From the NCBI GenBank assembly GCA_963675525.2, contig CAXXSL010000016.1:736001-800000 (forward strand): DNA of 64,000 nt. The letters run 5' to 3'. The notes beneath the pieces were generated by a model. That model searched no databases and had not been told where the DNA came from. It saw only the letters and a program-made list of their open reading frames with translations. Positions 49,865-60,000 of this stretch are shown here, piece after piece; the first letter of the stretch is position 1, and each line of letters opens with the position of its first letter. The DNA comes from Anaerohalosphaeraceae bacterium. Lineage in GTDB: Bacteria > Planctomycetota > Phycisphaerae > Sedimentisphaerales > Anaerohalosphaeraceae. Position numbers and translations under genes: made by a program.

Positions 49865-51184
49865 ATGGCGTTACCCGTTGTTGCCATTATTGGACGCCCG
49901 AACGTGGGCAAAAGCAGTTTATTGAATTCGCTGTCTGGCAAGATGATCAGCATCGTCGAGCCGACCGCCGGAGTGACGCGCGACCGCGTCAGCACGATTA
50001 TTGAGCAGGGCGACCGCTTTTATGAACTGGTCGATACCGGCGGCTACGGCATTGTGGACTCCGATGCGCTTGAAAAACACGTCGAAGGCCAGATTTTCCA
50101 AGCCATCAGCACCGCCAGCCTGATTCTTTTCATCGTTGATATCCGTGAAGGTATCATGCCGCTGGATACACGCATCGCCCAGATGCTTCGAAAACATTCG
50201 CTGAAAGTTGTTCTGGTCGCCAACAAGGCCGACAGCACTCGTCAACTCGGCAGTGCCGGCGAATTTGCCCGGCTGGGGTTTGGCCAGCCCATCTGTATCT
50301 CGGCCCAGAACTTCGTCAACCGTGCCGAATTGATTGAACGCATTGATGACGAACTGGACCATCTGCCGAAGGAAAAACCCGTCGAAACCGCGATAAAAAT
50401 CGCCATCGTCGGCAAACGCAACGCCGGCAAGAGTACGTTTATCAACTCTATCGTCGGCCATGAACGTGTCATTGCCAGCGAAATACCCGGCACCACGCGC
50501 GATGCGGTGGATGTCCATTTCGAAAAAGACGGCAAACAATACATGATCATCGACACCGCGGGGGTTCGCAAGATCGGCAAAATGAAAGATGATGTCGAGT
50601 ATTATGGCTACACTCGCGCCACACGCAGTGTCCGCCGGGCTGACGTCGTGCTGTTTATGATGGACGCCACCACCAAGATCTCGCAGGTGGACAAAAAACT
50701 GTGCCATCTGGTCAAAGAGGAATTGAAGCCCTGTATCATCATCGTCAACAAATGGGATTTGGCGAAGGATTTTGCCGATACCGAAGAATACGGCGGCTAC
50801 TTCGACCGCGTCCTGACCGGGCTTAGACATGCACCGATTGCATTTACCACCGCCACGGAATCCAAAAACACTCAAAGCGTACTGGATTTAACAACTGAGT
50901 TATTCAAGCAGGCATCAACAAAGGTTACCACGGGCCGGCTCAATAAAGCCATTGAAATCATCTCCGAAGAACGCGTCGGCAGCAGCAAAAAGGGCGGCTT
51001 TCCGAAAATCTTTTACGCCACACAGGTCGCCGTGCGCCCGGTGTCGATCCTGCTGTTTGTCAATAAGCCGGATCTGTTCGACGATACTTATCAGCGCTTT
51101 GTCACAAATCGTCTCGGCGAACTGCTGGATCTGGAAGAAGTCCCGATCCGCCTCCTCCTGCGAAGACGAGGCGCTCCAAAATAA
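49865..51184 (+). CDS. der: Ribosome biogenesis GTPase Der
   Basis: Two G domains (GRPNVGKS/DTGG/NKAD; GKRNAGKS/DTAG/NKWD) plus KH-like tail. Confidence 0.96.
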   Translation: MALPVVAIIGRPNVGKSSLLNSLSGKMISIVEPTAGVTRDRVSTIIEQGDRFYELVDTGGYGIVDSDALEKHVEGQIFQAISTASLILFIVDIREGIMPLDTRIAQMLRKHSLKVVLVANKADSTRQLGSAGEFARLGFGQPICISAQNFVNRAELIERIDDELDHLPKEKPVETAIKIAIVGKRNAGKSTFINSIVGHERVIASEIPGTTRDAVDVHFEKDGKQYMIIDTAGVRKIGKMKDDVEYYGYTRATRSVRRADVVLFMMDATTKISQVDKKLCHLVKEELKPCIIIVNKWDLAKDFADTEEYGGYFDRVLTGLRHAPIAFTTATESKNTQSVLDLTTELFKQASTKVTTGRLNKAIEIISEERVGSSKKGGFPKIFYATQVAVRPVSILLFVNKPDLFDDTYQRFVTNRLGELLDLEEVPIRLLLRRRGAPK

Positions 51185-51207
51185 GTTTTATCCAAGAGGA
51201 ATACAAA

Positions 51208-52971
51208 ATGGATGCACTATTACTCATGGTTGTCTGTTTCGCGGGGTATCTTTTAGCGTATCACACCTATGGCCGGTTTCTGGCAAAGAAAATATTTAAA
51301 CTGCGCGTCGATGCACCCGTCCCAAGTCACGAACGCAATGACGGGATTGATTTTATCCCCACGCGCAAAGGCATTATTTTCGGTCATCACTTTACCTCCA
51401 TCGCGGGCACCGGCCCCATCGTCGGCCCCGCCATCGGCATCATCTGGGGCTGGCTGCCGGCCATTCTATGGGTCACGCTCGGCTGCATCTTTATGGGGGC
51501 AGTACATGACTTCGGCTCGCTGGTCGTCTCGTTGCGTAACGACGGCAAAAGCATCTCCGAAATTGCCGCCCGCTACATCAACAAACGCGTCCGCATGATT
51601 TTCTTTCTCATTGTCTTTTTGGCCTTGCTCATCATCATCGCCATTTTCGGCCTTGTCATTGCAACCGTCTTCAAACTCTACCCCGAATCGGTCATCGCCG
51701 TCTGGCTGGAAGTCCCCATCGCGATTATTCTGGGCTGGGCCATTTACAAGAAAAGTGCCAATGTCACCTTGGCAACCATTGTTGCGGTCAGCGCTATGTA
51801 TGCCGGCGTGGTTCTGGGAGCATGGCTGGAGCACATACGCCCCGGGCTTTGTAGCTTTCCTGAAGCCTGGTTTATCAAGCCGGCGGGTTTATGGACCATC
51901 ATCCTGCTTGCGTACGCATGGATTGCCTCAACCCTGCCGGTCACAACTCTCCTGCAGCCGCGGGATTATATTAACGCATGGCAATTGTTTATTATGATGG
52001 GATTGTTGGTTCTCGGGGTTTTCGCAGCGGCTTTTTTTGGCGGGGCGGATTTTTCAATAACCGCCCCGGCGATTAACAAGGTCGGCCCGGACATCCCGCC
52101 GCTGTTTCCCATGATGTTTGTGACCATCGCCTGTGGCGCCATCAGCGGCTTTCACTCGCTCGTTGCCGGCGGCACCAGCACCAAACAACTCGCCAAAGAA
52201 CCGGACGCCCAATTCGTCGGCTACGGCTCGATGCTGTTTGAGGGCGCATTGGCCGTTTTGGTAATCATCTGTATTGCCGCCGGATTAGGAATGGGCTTCA
52301 AAGGTCAAAGCGGCCCCGGCGTTTGGCAGGGCTTTTACGGTTCATGGCTCGGTGCCAAAGGATTGGGTGATAAACTCCAGCCGGTCGTAGTCGGTGCGTC
52401 AAATATGATGGGGACAATTGGCATTCCCCAAACATTGGGTTTTGCGATTATGGGAGTATTTATCTCGTCCTTTGCGGGTACCACGCTTGATACCGCCGTG
52501 CGTATTCAGCGATATGTCGTTAGCGAGCTAACGGAAGATATTCACCTACCCGCGCTGTCCAATCGCTGGACCGCCACTTCCATCGCAGTGGTGACTGCGG
52601 CGATACTGGCCTTTGTCGACACTTCACACGGCAAAATTTCCTTCGGCGCCAGCGGCACTGGAGCATTGAAACTGTGGCCGCTGTTCGGCACCGTCAATCA
52701 GCTTCTGGCAGCACTGACGTTACTGGTCGTAACGATGTACCTGAAAACCAAGGGCGGCCTGAAATATATTCTCACCGCGATTCCCTGCCTGGTGATGCTG
52801 GTTCTCACCGGCTGGGCCATGGTACTCAATGAAATTAAATTTATCAAAACGCAAAACATCGTATTGGCAGTCATCGGCGGGCTTGTTTTCCTGCTGGCAA
52901 TCTGGATGACACTGGAAACCGTATTTTTGTTTTGCAGAAAAACAACTACGGACTCATCGGTGCAGGCGTGA
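51208..52971 (+). CDS. cstA: Carbon starvation protein A family transporter
   Basis: GHHFTSIAGTGPIVGP, LLQPRDY, IACGAISGFH, WPLFGTVNQL. Confidence 0.93.
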   Translation: MDALLLMVVCFAGYLLAYHTYGRFLAKKIFKLRVDAPVPSHERNDGIDFIPTRKGIIFGHHFTSIAGTGPIVGPAIGIIWGWLPAILWVTLGCIFMGAVHDFGSLVVSLRNDGKSISEIAARYINKRVRMIFFLIVFLALLIIIAIFGLVIATVFKLYPESVIAVWLEVPIAIILGWAIYKKSANVTLATIVAVSAMYAGVVLGAWLEHIRPGLCSFPEAWFIKPAGLWTIILLAYAWIASTLPVTTLLQPRDYINAWQLFIMMGLLVLGVFAAAFFGGADFSITAPAINKVGPDIPPLFPMMFVTIACGAISGFHSLVAGGTSTKQLAKEPDAQFVGYGSMLFEGALAVLVIICIAAGLGMGFKGQSGPGVWQGFYGSWLGAKGLGDKLQPVVVGASNMMGTIGIPQTLGFAIMGVFISSFAGTTLDTAVRIQRYVVSELTEDIHLPALSNRWTATSIAVVTAAILAFVDTSHGKISFGASGTGALKLWPLFGTVNQLLAALTLLVVTMYLKTKGGLKYILTAIPCLVMLVLTGWAMVLNEIKFIKTQNIVLAVIGGLVFLLAIWMTLETVFLFCRKTTTDSSVQA

Positions 52972-53968
52972 TGGAAATTAGTTTGATCCTGGCTGTTTTC
53001 GGGATACCTGATTCAACCAGTTCGATCTGTCCGTTTTTGATGTATTCGGCAGGGAAATTATAAATCACCTCACGCGGAGGAATCTCAGCAAGTGCGGCAT
53101 CATCGTCCCGAATCTCTATCAGCAATTGATACCGCATGTTTTCATAGGCCTTCAATGCTTCATCCGTCGCACGAACCTGAATAGTTCCCCGCAGTTCTGT
53201 TTCATTTTCAAGCTCGACTTTGTATTTTTCCTGCAGAGACGGGCTCATCAAGAAACCGATCCGCTGAGGCTGATATACCCGGCTGCCGAGAGCATCTGCT
53301 TTTAGGATGTTAACAGTAACCTCTGTTTCTGAATATCGGATATTGCTGCCGACTTCGACATAAGGTTTTGTCTGAATGGCCTTTTGCCGTGCTAATTCGA
53401 TCTGCTGCGGCGACAACGCAATATACGCCGAACCCAAATATCCTTCTTTGACATACATTTCAACCCATGCCGGTTCAACTTCAGCCGGCTTCAACGACGT
53501 CCCGATTTCATCCAGACACTGAACAGGTAGCCTTTTTTTTACCAGCAGCTCTACCTGTACCTCTATTTGTTCGGGCTTGACGGATTCCAGTGACAGTGCC
53601 AGCTCTCGTGTCTTGTTGTTTTTACGCAGGTAATCCAGCAGATCCAGCGTATAAATACCGGCTTTTGTATAGCCTTGGTCGGCCGGGTTAAAGTAATAAT
53701 CAAATCGTTCCTTATCCGGATCATTCTGGGCCGCGCGATAATTGCGGGAGAGTTCCGATATTTTGTCCGGTGAGCCCTTAAATGTCAATTCAAGCGGAAC
53801 TGTCTGGTCATACTTGGCAAACGACACAAACAATTGTCTTTCGATCCCTGTCGACAAATTAAGTGTTCCATAATAGTCTTCATCCTTCCCTTGAGACAAA
53901 AACGCCCAGGTCCAGATCAGCAGGGTAAGAAAAACAACCGCAAAAAATTTTGTCAGTTTATCACTCAT
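52946..53968 (-). CDS. YbbR/CdaR-like membrane-anchored protein
   Basis: N-terminal TM ending LIWTWA; directly downstream of cdaA. Confidence 0.6.
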   Translation of the reverse strand: MSDKLTKFFAVVFLTLLIWTWAFLSQGKDEDYYGTLNLSTGIERQLFVSFAKYDQTVPLELTFKGSPDKISELSRNYRAAQNDPDKERFDYYFNPADQGYTKAGIYTLDLLDYLRKNNKTRELALSLESVKPEQIEVQVELLVKKRLPVQCLDEIGTSLKPAEVEPAWVEMYVKEGYLGSAYIALSPQQIELARQKAIQTKPYVEVGSNIRYSETEVTVNILKADALGSRVYQPQRIGFLMSPSLQEKYKVELENETELRGTIQVRATDEALKAYENMRYQLLIEIRDDDAALAEIPPREVIYNFPAEYIKNGQIELVESGIPKTARIKLISITPAPMSP

Positions 53969-53970
53969 GA

Positions 53971-54831
53971 TTAACTATGTGAAATTGTTTCCTCTTCGTC
54001 TGTTTTTGTAATTTTACCCAGTTTTTCAAGGATCGGTGTTGTTTCAACCACTGCAGTTGTCAGGTGCCGGCGCAACTGGGCCTCGGAGACATTCCGGATC
54101 AGGTTGCCGTCAATGGCCAGTGAAACGATGCCGGTTTCCTCGCTGACAACAATAACGATCGCATCCGAACTCGTAGTCACGCCAATGGCCGCACGATGAC
54201 GGGAGCCCAACTGCCCAAAACGACTGCTGCTTTCTGCCAATGGAAGCTGCACCCGTGCGGCAATAATACGGTCCCCCTGAATAATCATCGCCATGTCATG
54301 CAGCGCCGAGCCGGGATAAAAAATTGTTTTGATCAGGTCGCTGGTTACTTTCGCATCGATACGAATACCGGTTTCAATGAATTCACCGAGAGCCACTTGC
54401 TGTGGAATAACAATAATCGCCCCGGTCCGGGTTGCCGCCATTTGCGACACGGCGGTAATAATTTCCTCAACCGACCGGCTGAGCTGCTGGGGGGAGCTGC
54501 CACTGAACAGGCGGGCCTGTCCGATACGGGTCAGGCCCCGTCGAATTTCAGGCTGGAACGCCGCAACCGCGATCACCAAAACCGCAATCAAAAAACCGTT
54601 ATATAAATATTCTATCCGCTCCATCCCGAAAATTTTGACCACTAGATTCAATACGAGTGAGCCAACGATCAGAATGAAAATAATCCCGCGAAATAGACGC
54701 TCCCCGCGCGTGCCTTCCAAAAATGTGATGATCGCATAAACAAACAGGCCGATAAGAAGAAGCTCGGCAACGACAATGAGCTTTTCATGAAAGCTGATTT
54801 GCAGAATATACTCAAGGATTGCATTAAACAA
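53971..54831 (-). CDS. cdaA: Diadenylate cyclase
   Basis: 3 TMs, FQPEIRR, LHDMA, GSRHRAAIG, VSEETG. Confidence 0.9.
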   Translation of the reverse strand: MFNAILEYILQISFHEKLIVVAELLLIGLFVYAIITFLEGTRGERLFRGIIFILIVGSLVLNLVVKIFGMERIEYLYNGFLIAVLVIAVAAFQPEIRRGLTRIGQARLFSGSSPQQLSRSVEEIITAVSQMAATRTGAIIVIPQQVALGEFIETGIRIDAKVTSDLIKTIFYPGSALHDMAMIIQGDRIIAARVQLPLAESSSRFGQLGSRHRAAIGVTTSSDAIVIVVSEETGIVSLAIDGNLIRNVSEAQLRRHLTTAVVETTPILEKLGKITKTDEEETISHS

Positions 54832-54941
54832 GGAGACGCTTCCTTATCCGCCTAAGATTCCCTTCTGTTTCCGGATCTGCAAAGATCCCGCTTTTGACGC
54901 TATTTTGTTATAGATATCAATTAAGGCTCCGCCCCGGCGCC

Positions 54942-55160
54942 TTAACGCACCATCATATTACTAAGTCGTCCCGGTCGGTCGAGTAACAGGACAGCATCGA
55001 TATCATCCTGCATTTGCAGACTATTATTATTGATCGTTTCAATATGCCTGCGATGGACTTCCTTTTTGGTCAGGCCCGGAGCCGCACAGCCTGTTGTCAG
55101 GGTCGATACCGCCGCCAAAAGAACGACCAGGATAACCGGTAACAATAATTGCTTTCTCAT
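54942..55160 (-). CDS. Small lipoprotein
   Basis: Signal with TTGC lipobox-like site; AGAGG RBS. Confidence 0.7.
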   Translation of the reverse strand: MRKQLLLPVILVVLLAAVSTLTTGCAAPGLTKKEVHRRHIETINNNSLQMQDDIDAVLLLDRPGRLSNMMVR

Positions 55161-55415
55161 TTTTAAACCTCTGTAAATAATGATGTTATATTAGTCCATC
55201 GTAAATTTTTTACACAGGCGCTCCGTCACATATAGAGCCTCTGCATATGTGATTCTAACCGCTCACTCCCGCCGTGTCAAACCAAAAATAGTCCCGCAAC
55301 CACTTAGCCGGAAAGATTTTATGTTTTCTTTGTCAGGGCCGCCGATTTTATGATAAAATTCCTACAGAACATGAAAATTAAACTGCTTTGCAAATTTATG
55401 ATTGGTTTTTTTAGA

Positions 55416-57371
55416 ATGTCATTAATCTCGTTTCAAAATATTGATAAATCGTTCGGGCCGGAAGTGATTTTTAGTAATCTGAGCCTGAACTTCTACGCCA
55501 ACCAGAAGGTAGGGCTGATCGGCGCCAACGGTACCGGAAAAACCACGTTATTTCGACTGATTCTGGGCGATGAACAGCCGGATACAGGCCGGGTGGTCTG
55601 CGCCAAAGACGTCCGGATCGGCTACCTGCCGCAGGAGCCGATTTTTGACGGCGGTAAAACCGTCATGCAGGAAATGCATGATGGCATGGCGGATATTCTG
55701 GGTCTGCGCGACAGGATTCAGGACTACTGCCATCAAATGGAATCGCTGACCGGCGACGCACTGGCCGCGGCGATGGCCGAATACGACCGCCTTTGCCATC
55801 GGTTTGAAACGGATGGCGGATACGCCTACGAAGCCCGCATCAAGAGTATTCTCGCGGGGCTGGATATCGGGGCCGAACACTACGATGCGCCGACTCGCAC
55901 CTTGTCCGGGGGGCAGTTATCCCGGCTGGGGCTGGCGAAGGTGCTGGTCAAGGAAACCAACCTGCTGTTGCTGGATGAGCCGACGAATCATCTGGATTTG
56001 CAGGCGACAAGCTGGCTGGAGTCGTTTCTGAAATCCTATTGCGGCTCGGTGATTCTGATTAGCCACGACAGGTATTTGCTGGACCGGGTTGCTGAAAAGA
56101 TCGTTGAGCTTGAATACAAAACCGCGCGCGTTTGGAAGGGAAATTACAGTCAATATATTCAAACAAAGGAAACAGCGGCGCTGGCTGAGTCACGTGAGCA
56201 CGAAAAGCGAACCGATATGGTGAGTCGAACACTGGATTTTATTGCCCGCAACAAAAACCAGGAGGGTATGCGAAAAACGGCCATGGGGCGCAAGACCCGC
56301 TTAGAGCGGCTTCTAAAGGAAAACCCCGATTACCTTGAAAAGGGGAGGCCTGAAAAAACGATTGCGTTTAGTTTCGCCAAAACCGACGCAAAAAGCGATT
56401 TAGTCCTGCGGGCCGAAAACCTGTGTAAGGCATTCGGCGAGCTGGTGCTGTTTAAGGGCCTTTCGTTCGATGTCGGCTCCGGTGAGCGGCTGGGCATTAC
56501 CGGACCGAACGGCACCGGCAAAACCACGCTGTTGAAACTGGCGATGGGGCAGCTTACCGCGGACGATGGGATGATTCGGCTGGGGGAAAACCTGAAAGTC
56601 GGGTATCTGGACCAGCAGGCGATGACGCTGAACCCGGAGAACACAATTCTCGAAGAGGTTCGGGGGGTTCGGCCGGATCTAACGCCAGAGGCAATTCGCG
56701 GGAAGCTGGGGGCGTTTTTGTTTTCCGGCGACGATGTGTTTAAGCCGGTCGCGGACTTGTCGGGCGGGCAGCAGAACCGGCTGATGCTGTGCAAGCTGGT
56801 GCTGGGCGAACCGGATGTGCTGATTCTCGATGAGCCGACAAACCATCTGGATATCGCCAGCCGGGGAATGCTGGAAGAGGCGCTGCTGGCGTATAACGGG
56901 GCGATCATCGCAGTTAGCCATGACCGGTATTTTCTCAACCGCGTGGCCGAAAAGCTGCTGGTGCTCGGCGCTGATGCGGCGGGGCTGCGAGAGACGGGGT
57001 CGGCGGAGATGATACTGCCTGCGGCGGATGCGGACGGGGTGTATTCAACGTATGCACATAAAATTCAACAGCAAAAACAGCAACTCGAAAAAGAGAAAAT
57101 CGCCTCGAAACGGAAAAGTCAGCCGGGGGGGGCCGCTGGGGTGAAACCGAAGACGCCGGAACATCTGCGGCGGTTCAATAAATATTCGCCCGAACAGATC
57201 GAGGAGATGGTCGCGGAGATGGAGCTGGAAATCGAAGAGATGCAGCATCAGTTCGGGGATGAGGCGATCTATCAAAATCATCAACTGCTGGGGCAGCTTC
57301 AGGTGGATTTCGAGGCGAAAAAGAAACAACTTGAAGTGCTGTATGAGGCGTGGGAACGGAAGATGCAGTAA
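55416..57371 (+). CDS. ABC-F family ATPase (Uup/YheS-like)
   Basis: Two NBDs (GANGTGKT/LSGGQ/LDEPTNHLD; GPNGTGKT/LSGGQ), no TMs, coiled-coil tail. Confidence 0.93.
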   Translation: MSLISFQNIDKSFGPEVIFSNLSLNFYANQKVGLIGANGTGKTTLFRLILGDEQPDTGRVVCAKDVRIGYLPQEPIFDGGKTVMQEMHDGMADILGLRDRIQDYCHQMESLTGDALAAAMAEYDRLCHRFETDGGYAYEARIKSILAGLDIGAEHYDAPTRTLSGGQLSRLGLAKVLVKETNLLLLDEPTNHLDLQATSWLESFLKSYCGSVILISHDRYLLDRVAEKIVELEYKTARVWKGNYSQYIQTKETAALAESREHEKRTDMVSRTLDFIARNKNQEGMRKTAMGRKTRLERLLKENPDYLEKGRPEKTIAFSFAKTDAKSDLVLRAENLCKAFGELVLFKGLSFDVGSGERLGITGPNGTGKTTLLKLAMGQLTADDGMIRLGENLKVGYLDQQAMTLNPENTILEEVRGVRPDLTPEAIRGKLGAFLFSGDDVFKPVADLSGGQQNRLMLCKLVLGEPDVLILDEPTNHLDIASRGMLEEALLAYNGAIIAVSHDRYFLNRVAEKLLVLGADAAGLRETGSAEMILPAADADGVYSTYAHKIQQQKQQLEKEKIASKRKSQPGGAAGVKPKTPEHLRRFNKYSPEQIEEMVAEMELEIEEMQHQFGDEAIYQNHQLLGQLQVDFEAKKKQLEVLYEAWERKMQ

Positions 57372-57379
57372 TCTATCTT

Positions 57380-57419
57380 TCAAGAATACAGGAACTCAAG
57401 AACCCACGAACTCAAGAAG
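57380..57419 (+). repeat. 8-nt tandem array (tcaagaat acaggaac tcaagaac ccacgaac tcaagaag)
   Basis: Five degenerate units read directly. Confidence 0.6.
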
Positions 57420-57449
57420 GTGGATTTCCTCCGGGTGGCTGTTTCAATT

Positions 57450-57479
57450 CTGGATCCCGGCTCGGAGGCCGGGATGACA
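57450..57479 (-). repeat. GTCA-type REP half-unit
   Basis: Reverse complement tgtcatcccggcctccgagccgggatccag differs from 8188-8217 at 3 positions. Confidence 0.75.
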
Positions 57480-57582
57480 TTGTTCAGGGGTGGCTGTTCG
57501 GGATAACAGTGTGGGTAGAAAAAAAAAGGTGTGTTTTTGTGGTGGAAATGCGGTTTTTGTGGGGTTTTTAGGGTGTATTACT

Positions 57583-57655
57583 GATACCAAACTTGTCCAA
57601 AGATGCGCCAACATGCGCCCAAACGGCGCCAAAGTTTGCCAAAGGTGCGCCATTT
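57583..57655 (+). repeat. Seven CCA(A) units phased at 10-11 bp
   Basis: CCA at 57587, 57597, 57608, 57619, 57629, 57639, 57650. Confidence 0.7.
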
Positions 57656-57951
57656 TTAACCGCTAATGCACGCGAATGACACAAATATGGCTGTGGGTTT
57701 TGTTGGCTGGTCGGCCGGTTCCTCCTGATTTTTAAAGATCAACCTATTCAATTTTTCCGTCTTCGCTTCCAGCTAGTCGAGACATGCCGCCGCGACAAGA
57801 GGTATTTTATCATAAGTTCGATAAATGTCAAACTTTTTTTATGTTTTTTGACGCTGGTTTTTTTAGACGGGATTAACGGGATTTTTAGGGATTTTTATTT
57901 CAAGTATACCGGTATACAAGATTAGACAGAAAAGTAATTTTGAATTGTTCA

Positions 57952-58455
57952 TTATAACTTTGGTCCCAGGCGGTTTTTTGTGACATGCGATAAGAGTACC
58001 GCAAACGAGCTGAGATAGAAGACCATCCAGTGACCGGAAAAGAGTCGAATTTCATAGGCATGACACTTGATATATTCGGCCTCGGTCAACTGACGAATAA
58101 TCTCGCCGTGGTTTGACAGAACATACTGGCCATCGACGATGTGGGGGCCTCCGCCTTCCAGCAGGACAAATATCGTGAAGAAGAAGTTGAAAAACGTATA
58201 CGCAAAAAACAGGCCGACCAAGACCGGCAGCCAGGCGGGGATGTACCGGAGGGCGACCTGCCAAAAGTCTTTGGTGGAATCTTCGGCTTCGAATTTCTTT
58301 CCGCAAATGAGTGCGGGGAGAAACACGACAAAGATACCGATATGCAGTCCCCAAATGCCGGGAATCGCAGACGGATTGAGTCCGGCAAAGGTACTGACGT
58401 GTACCAGAAAGCTTGCGATAAATCCTAACGCCGCTAACATCATAAAAAGTGTCAT
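57952..58455 (-). CDS. Hypothetical membrane protein
   Basis: About 4 TMs; LHIGIFVVF, YVLSNHG, RLFSGHWMVFY. Confidence 0.7.
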   Translation of the reverse strand: MTLFMMLAALGFIASFLVHVSTFAGLNPSAIPGIWGLHIGIFVVFLPALICGKKFEAEDSTKDFWQVALRYIPAWLPVLVGLFFAYTFFNFFFTIFVLLEGGGPHIVDGQYVLSNHGEIIRQLTEAEYIKCHAYEIRLFSGHWMVFYLSSFAVLLSHVTKNRLGPKL

Positions 58456-58715
58456 CTTTCCGACCCTCTCTATGGATATAGACGATGATAAAAATAGTCT
58501 GTTGCGAACAAAAGGAAAGTATTAGCCGATCAGGCAGTTTTGTGGAATCGGGTTGCATTTGGGGTGTTTGTTTCATAGAATGCGCCTTAAAGGAATGTAA
58601 AACTTGCCGCTGTGCGTTGCTGCTGCAGGTTTGGAACCAAAAACGCTTCAACGCTTCGCTGTTGCCGTTTTAAGGGGCCGCGTAACGAATTACAGTTGAT
58701 GAAGGGACACCAAAA

Positions 58716-59942
58716 ATGAACACAAAGAGTGCGCGCGCGTGCAGCCTGACGCTAATGGGGCTATTACTGTTTCTAATGTTAACTATTTTCTCGTTGAATG
58801 CTACCGCGGCCAATCATGAGATTGAGCCGGGGGCTGCTTTGGCCGCAGAAAGCGGCGAGGGCGTTGTCGCCATAATGGAGGATGTGGTGGATGTTCAGAA
58901 GTACAACAGAAGCATTCACATTATGGCGATGCTGCTGGTTGGTTTCGGCTTCCTGATGGTGTTTATGAAGAAGTACGGGCTTTCGGCGGTGACGGCGACG
59001 TTTCTCCTGGTAAGCACAGCGATACCGCTCTATATCCTGATCAACAGTTGGGGATTGCTGGGCAAGCCGGAGGAGATTGAAATAGACCGGCTTATTCTTG
59101 CGGAGTTTGCGGCGGCAAGTTTGCTGATCTGCGCGGGTGCTGTTCTGGGGCGGCTTAAGATGTGGCAGTATATCGTTTTGGGGCTTCTTTTTCTGCCGTG
59201 CTATATGATCAACGAATGGATCGTTGTCGAAGACGGCATCGGCCTGATAAGCGGCTGTATCGCCGACACAGGCGGTTCTATTGTCATTCATGCTTTCGGT
59301 GCCTTCTTTGGGTTGGGTGTGCTGCTGACGATGACAACGAAGAAGGAGTTTGATACGCCGATCGAATCGGACGCGACGAGTGACCGGTTTTCGATGTTGG
59401 GCAGCATGGTGTTGTGGCTGTTCTGGCCGAGTTTTTGCGCGGCCCTCGTGGCACCTGAGTTGATTCCGCCAACGATCGTTAATGTTGTGCTTGCTTTGTC
59501 CGGTTCAACCCTTGCGACTTATTTTGCTTCCATCGCTTTCAGAAAGGGAAAAATCTCCTGTGCTGATATTGCGAACGCGGCGCTGGCGGGCGGGGTGGCG
59601 ATCGGCTCGACGTGTGACATCGCGGGACACGGAACGGCGTTTGTTATTGGTGTTCTTGCCGGTGCGCTGTCGACATTTGGTTTTGCGGTTATACAATCGC
59701 GGTTTCAAAACATCATCAAGGCGACCGACACTTGCGGCGTGATGTATCTGCACGGCCTGCCTGGTTTGCTTGGCGGCATTGCGGTTGTTTTTGTACAAAG
59801 CGGCATGGCAGCCTGTCAGTTTAAGGGCATCGCCGTTACCGTGGCGATCGCTGTGGTCGCCGGTTTTGTCGCCGGAAAGGTGCTCGGTATTCTCGGCAGA
59901 CGCGGTGTTGCGTATGACGATGCGGAGGAGTTTGAATTGTAA
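58716..59942 (+). CDS. Ammonium transporter, Rh (Rh50) type
   Basis: HIMAMLLVGFGFLM.F.KKYG, GAVLGR, DTGGSIVIHAFGAFFG, LWLFWPSF, DTCGV.YLHGLPG. Confidence 0.88.
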   Translation: MNTKSARACSLTLMGLLLFLMLTIFSLNATAANHEIEPGAALAAESGEGVVAIMEDVVDVQKYNRSIHIMAMLLVGFGFLMVFMKKYGLSAVTATFLLVSTAIPLYILINSWGLLGKPEEIEIDRLILAEFAAASLLICAGAVLGRLKMWQYIVLGLLFLPCYMINEWIVVEDGIGLISGCIADTGGSIVIHAFGAFFGLGVLLTMTTKKEFDTPIESDATSDRFSMLGSMVLWLFWPSFCAALVAPELIPPTIVNVVLALSGSTLATYFASIAFRKGKISCADIANAALAGGVAIGSTCDIAGHGTAFVIGVLAGALSTFGFAVIQSRFQNIIKATDTCGVMYLHGLPGLLGGIAVVFVQSGMAACQFKGIAVTVAIAVVAGFVAGKVLGILGRRGVAYDDAEEFEL

Positions 59943-60000
59943 TCGGTATTATTTGTTGAAATGCGACTTTAAAAACCATAATTATTGGAAAAACAATACT

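Noticed and set aside
55200..55300. Riboswitch or ncRNA from the tcacatat...atatgtga hairpin
   Set aside because: Single simple hairpin with no recognisable aptamer consensus
57380..57655. Short repeat arrays as a CRISPR array
   Set aside because: Units are 8-11 nt and contiguous, with no unique spacers and no cas genes
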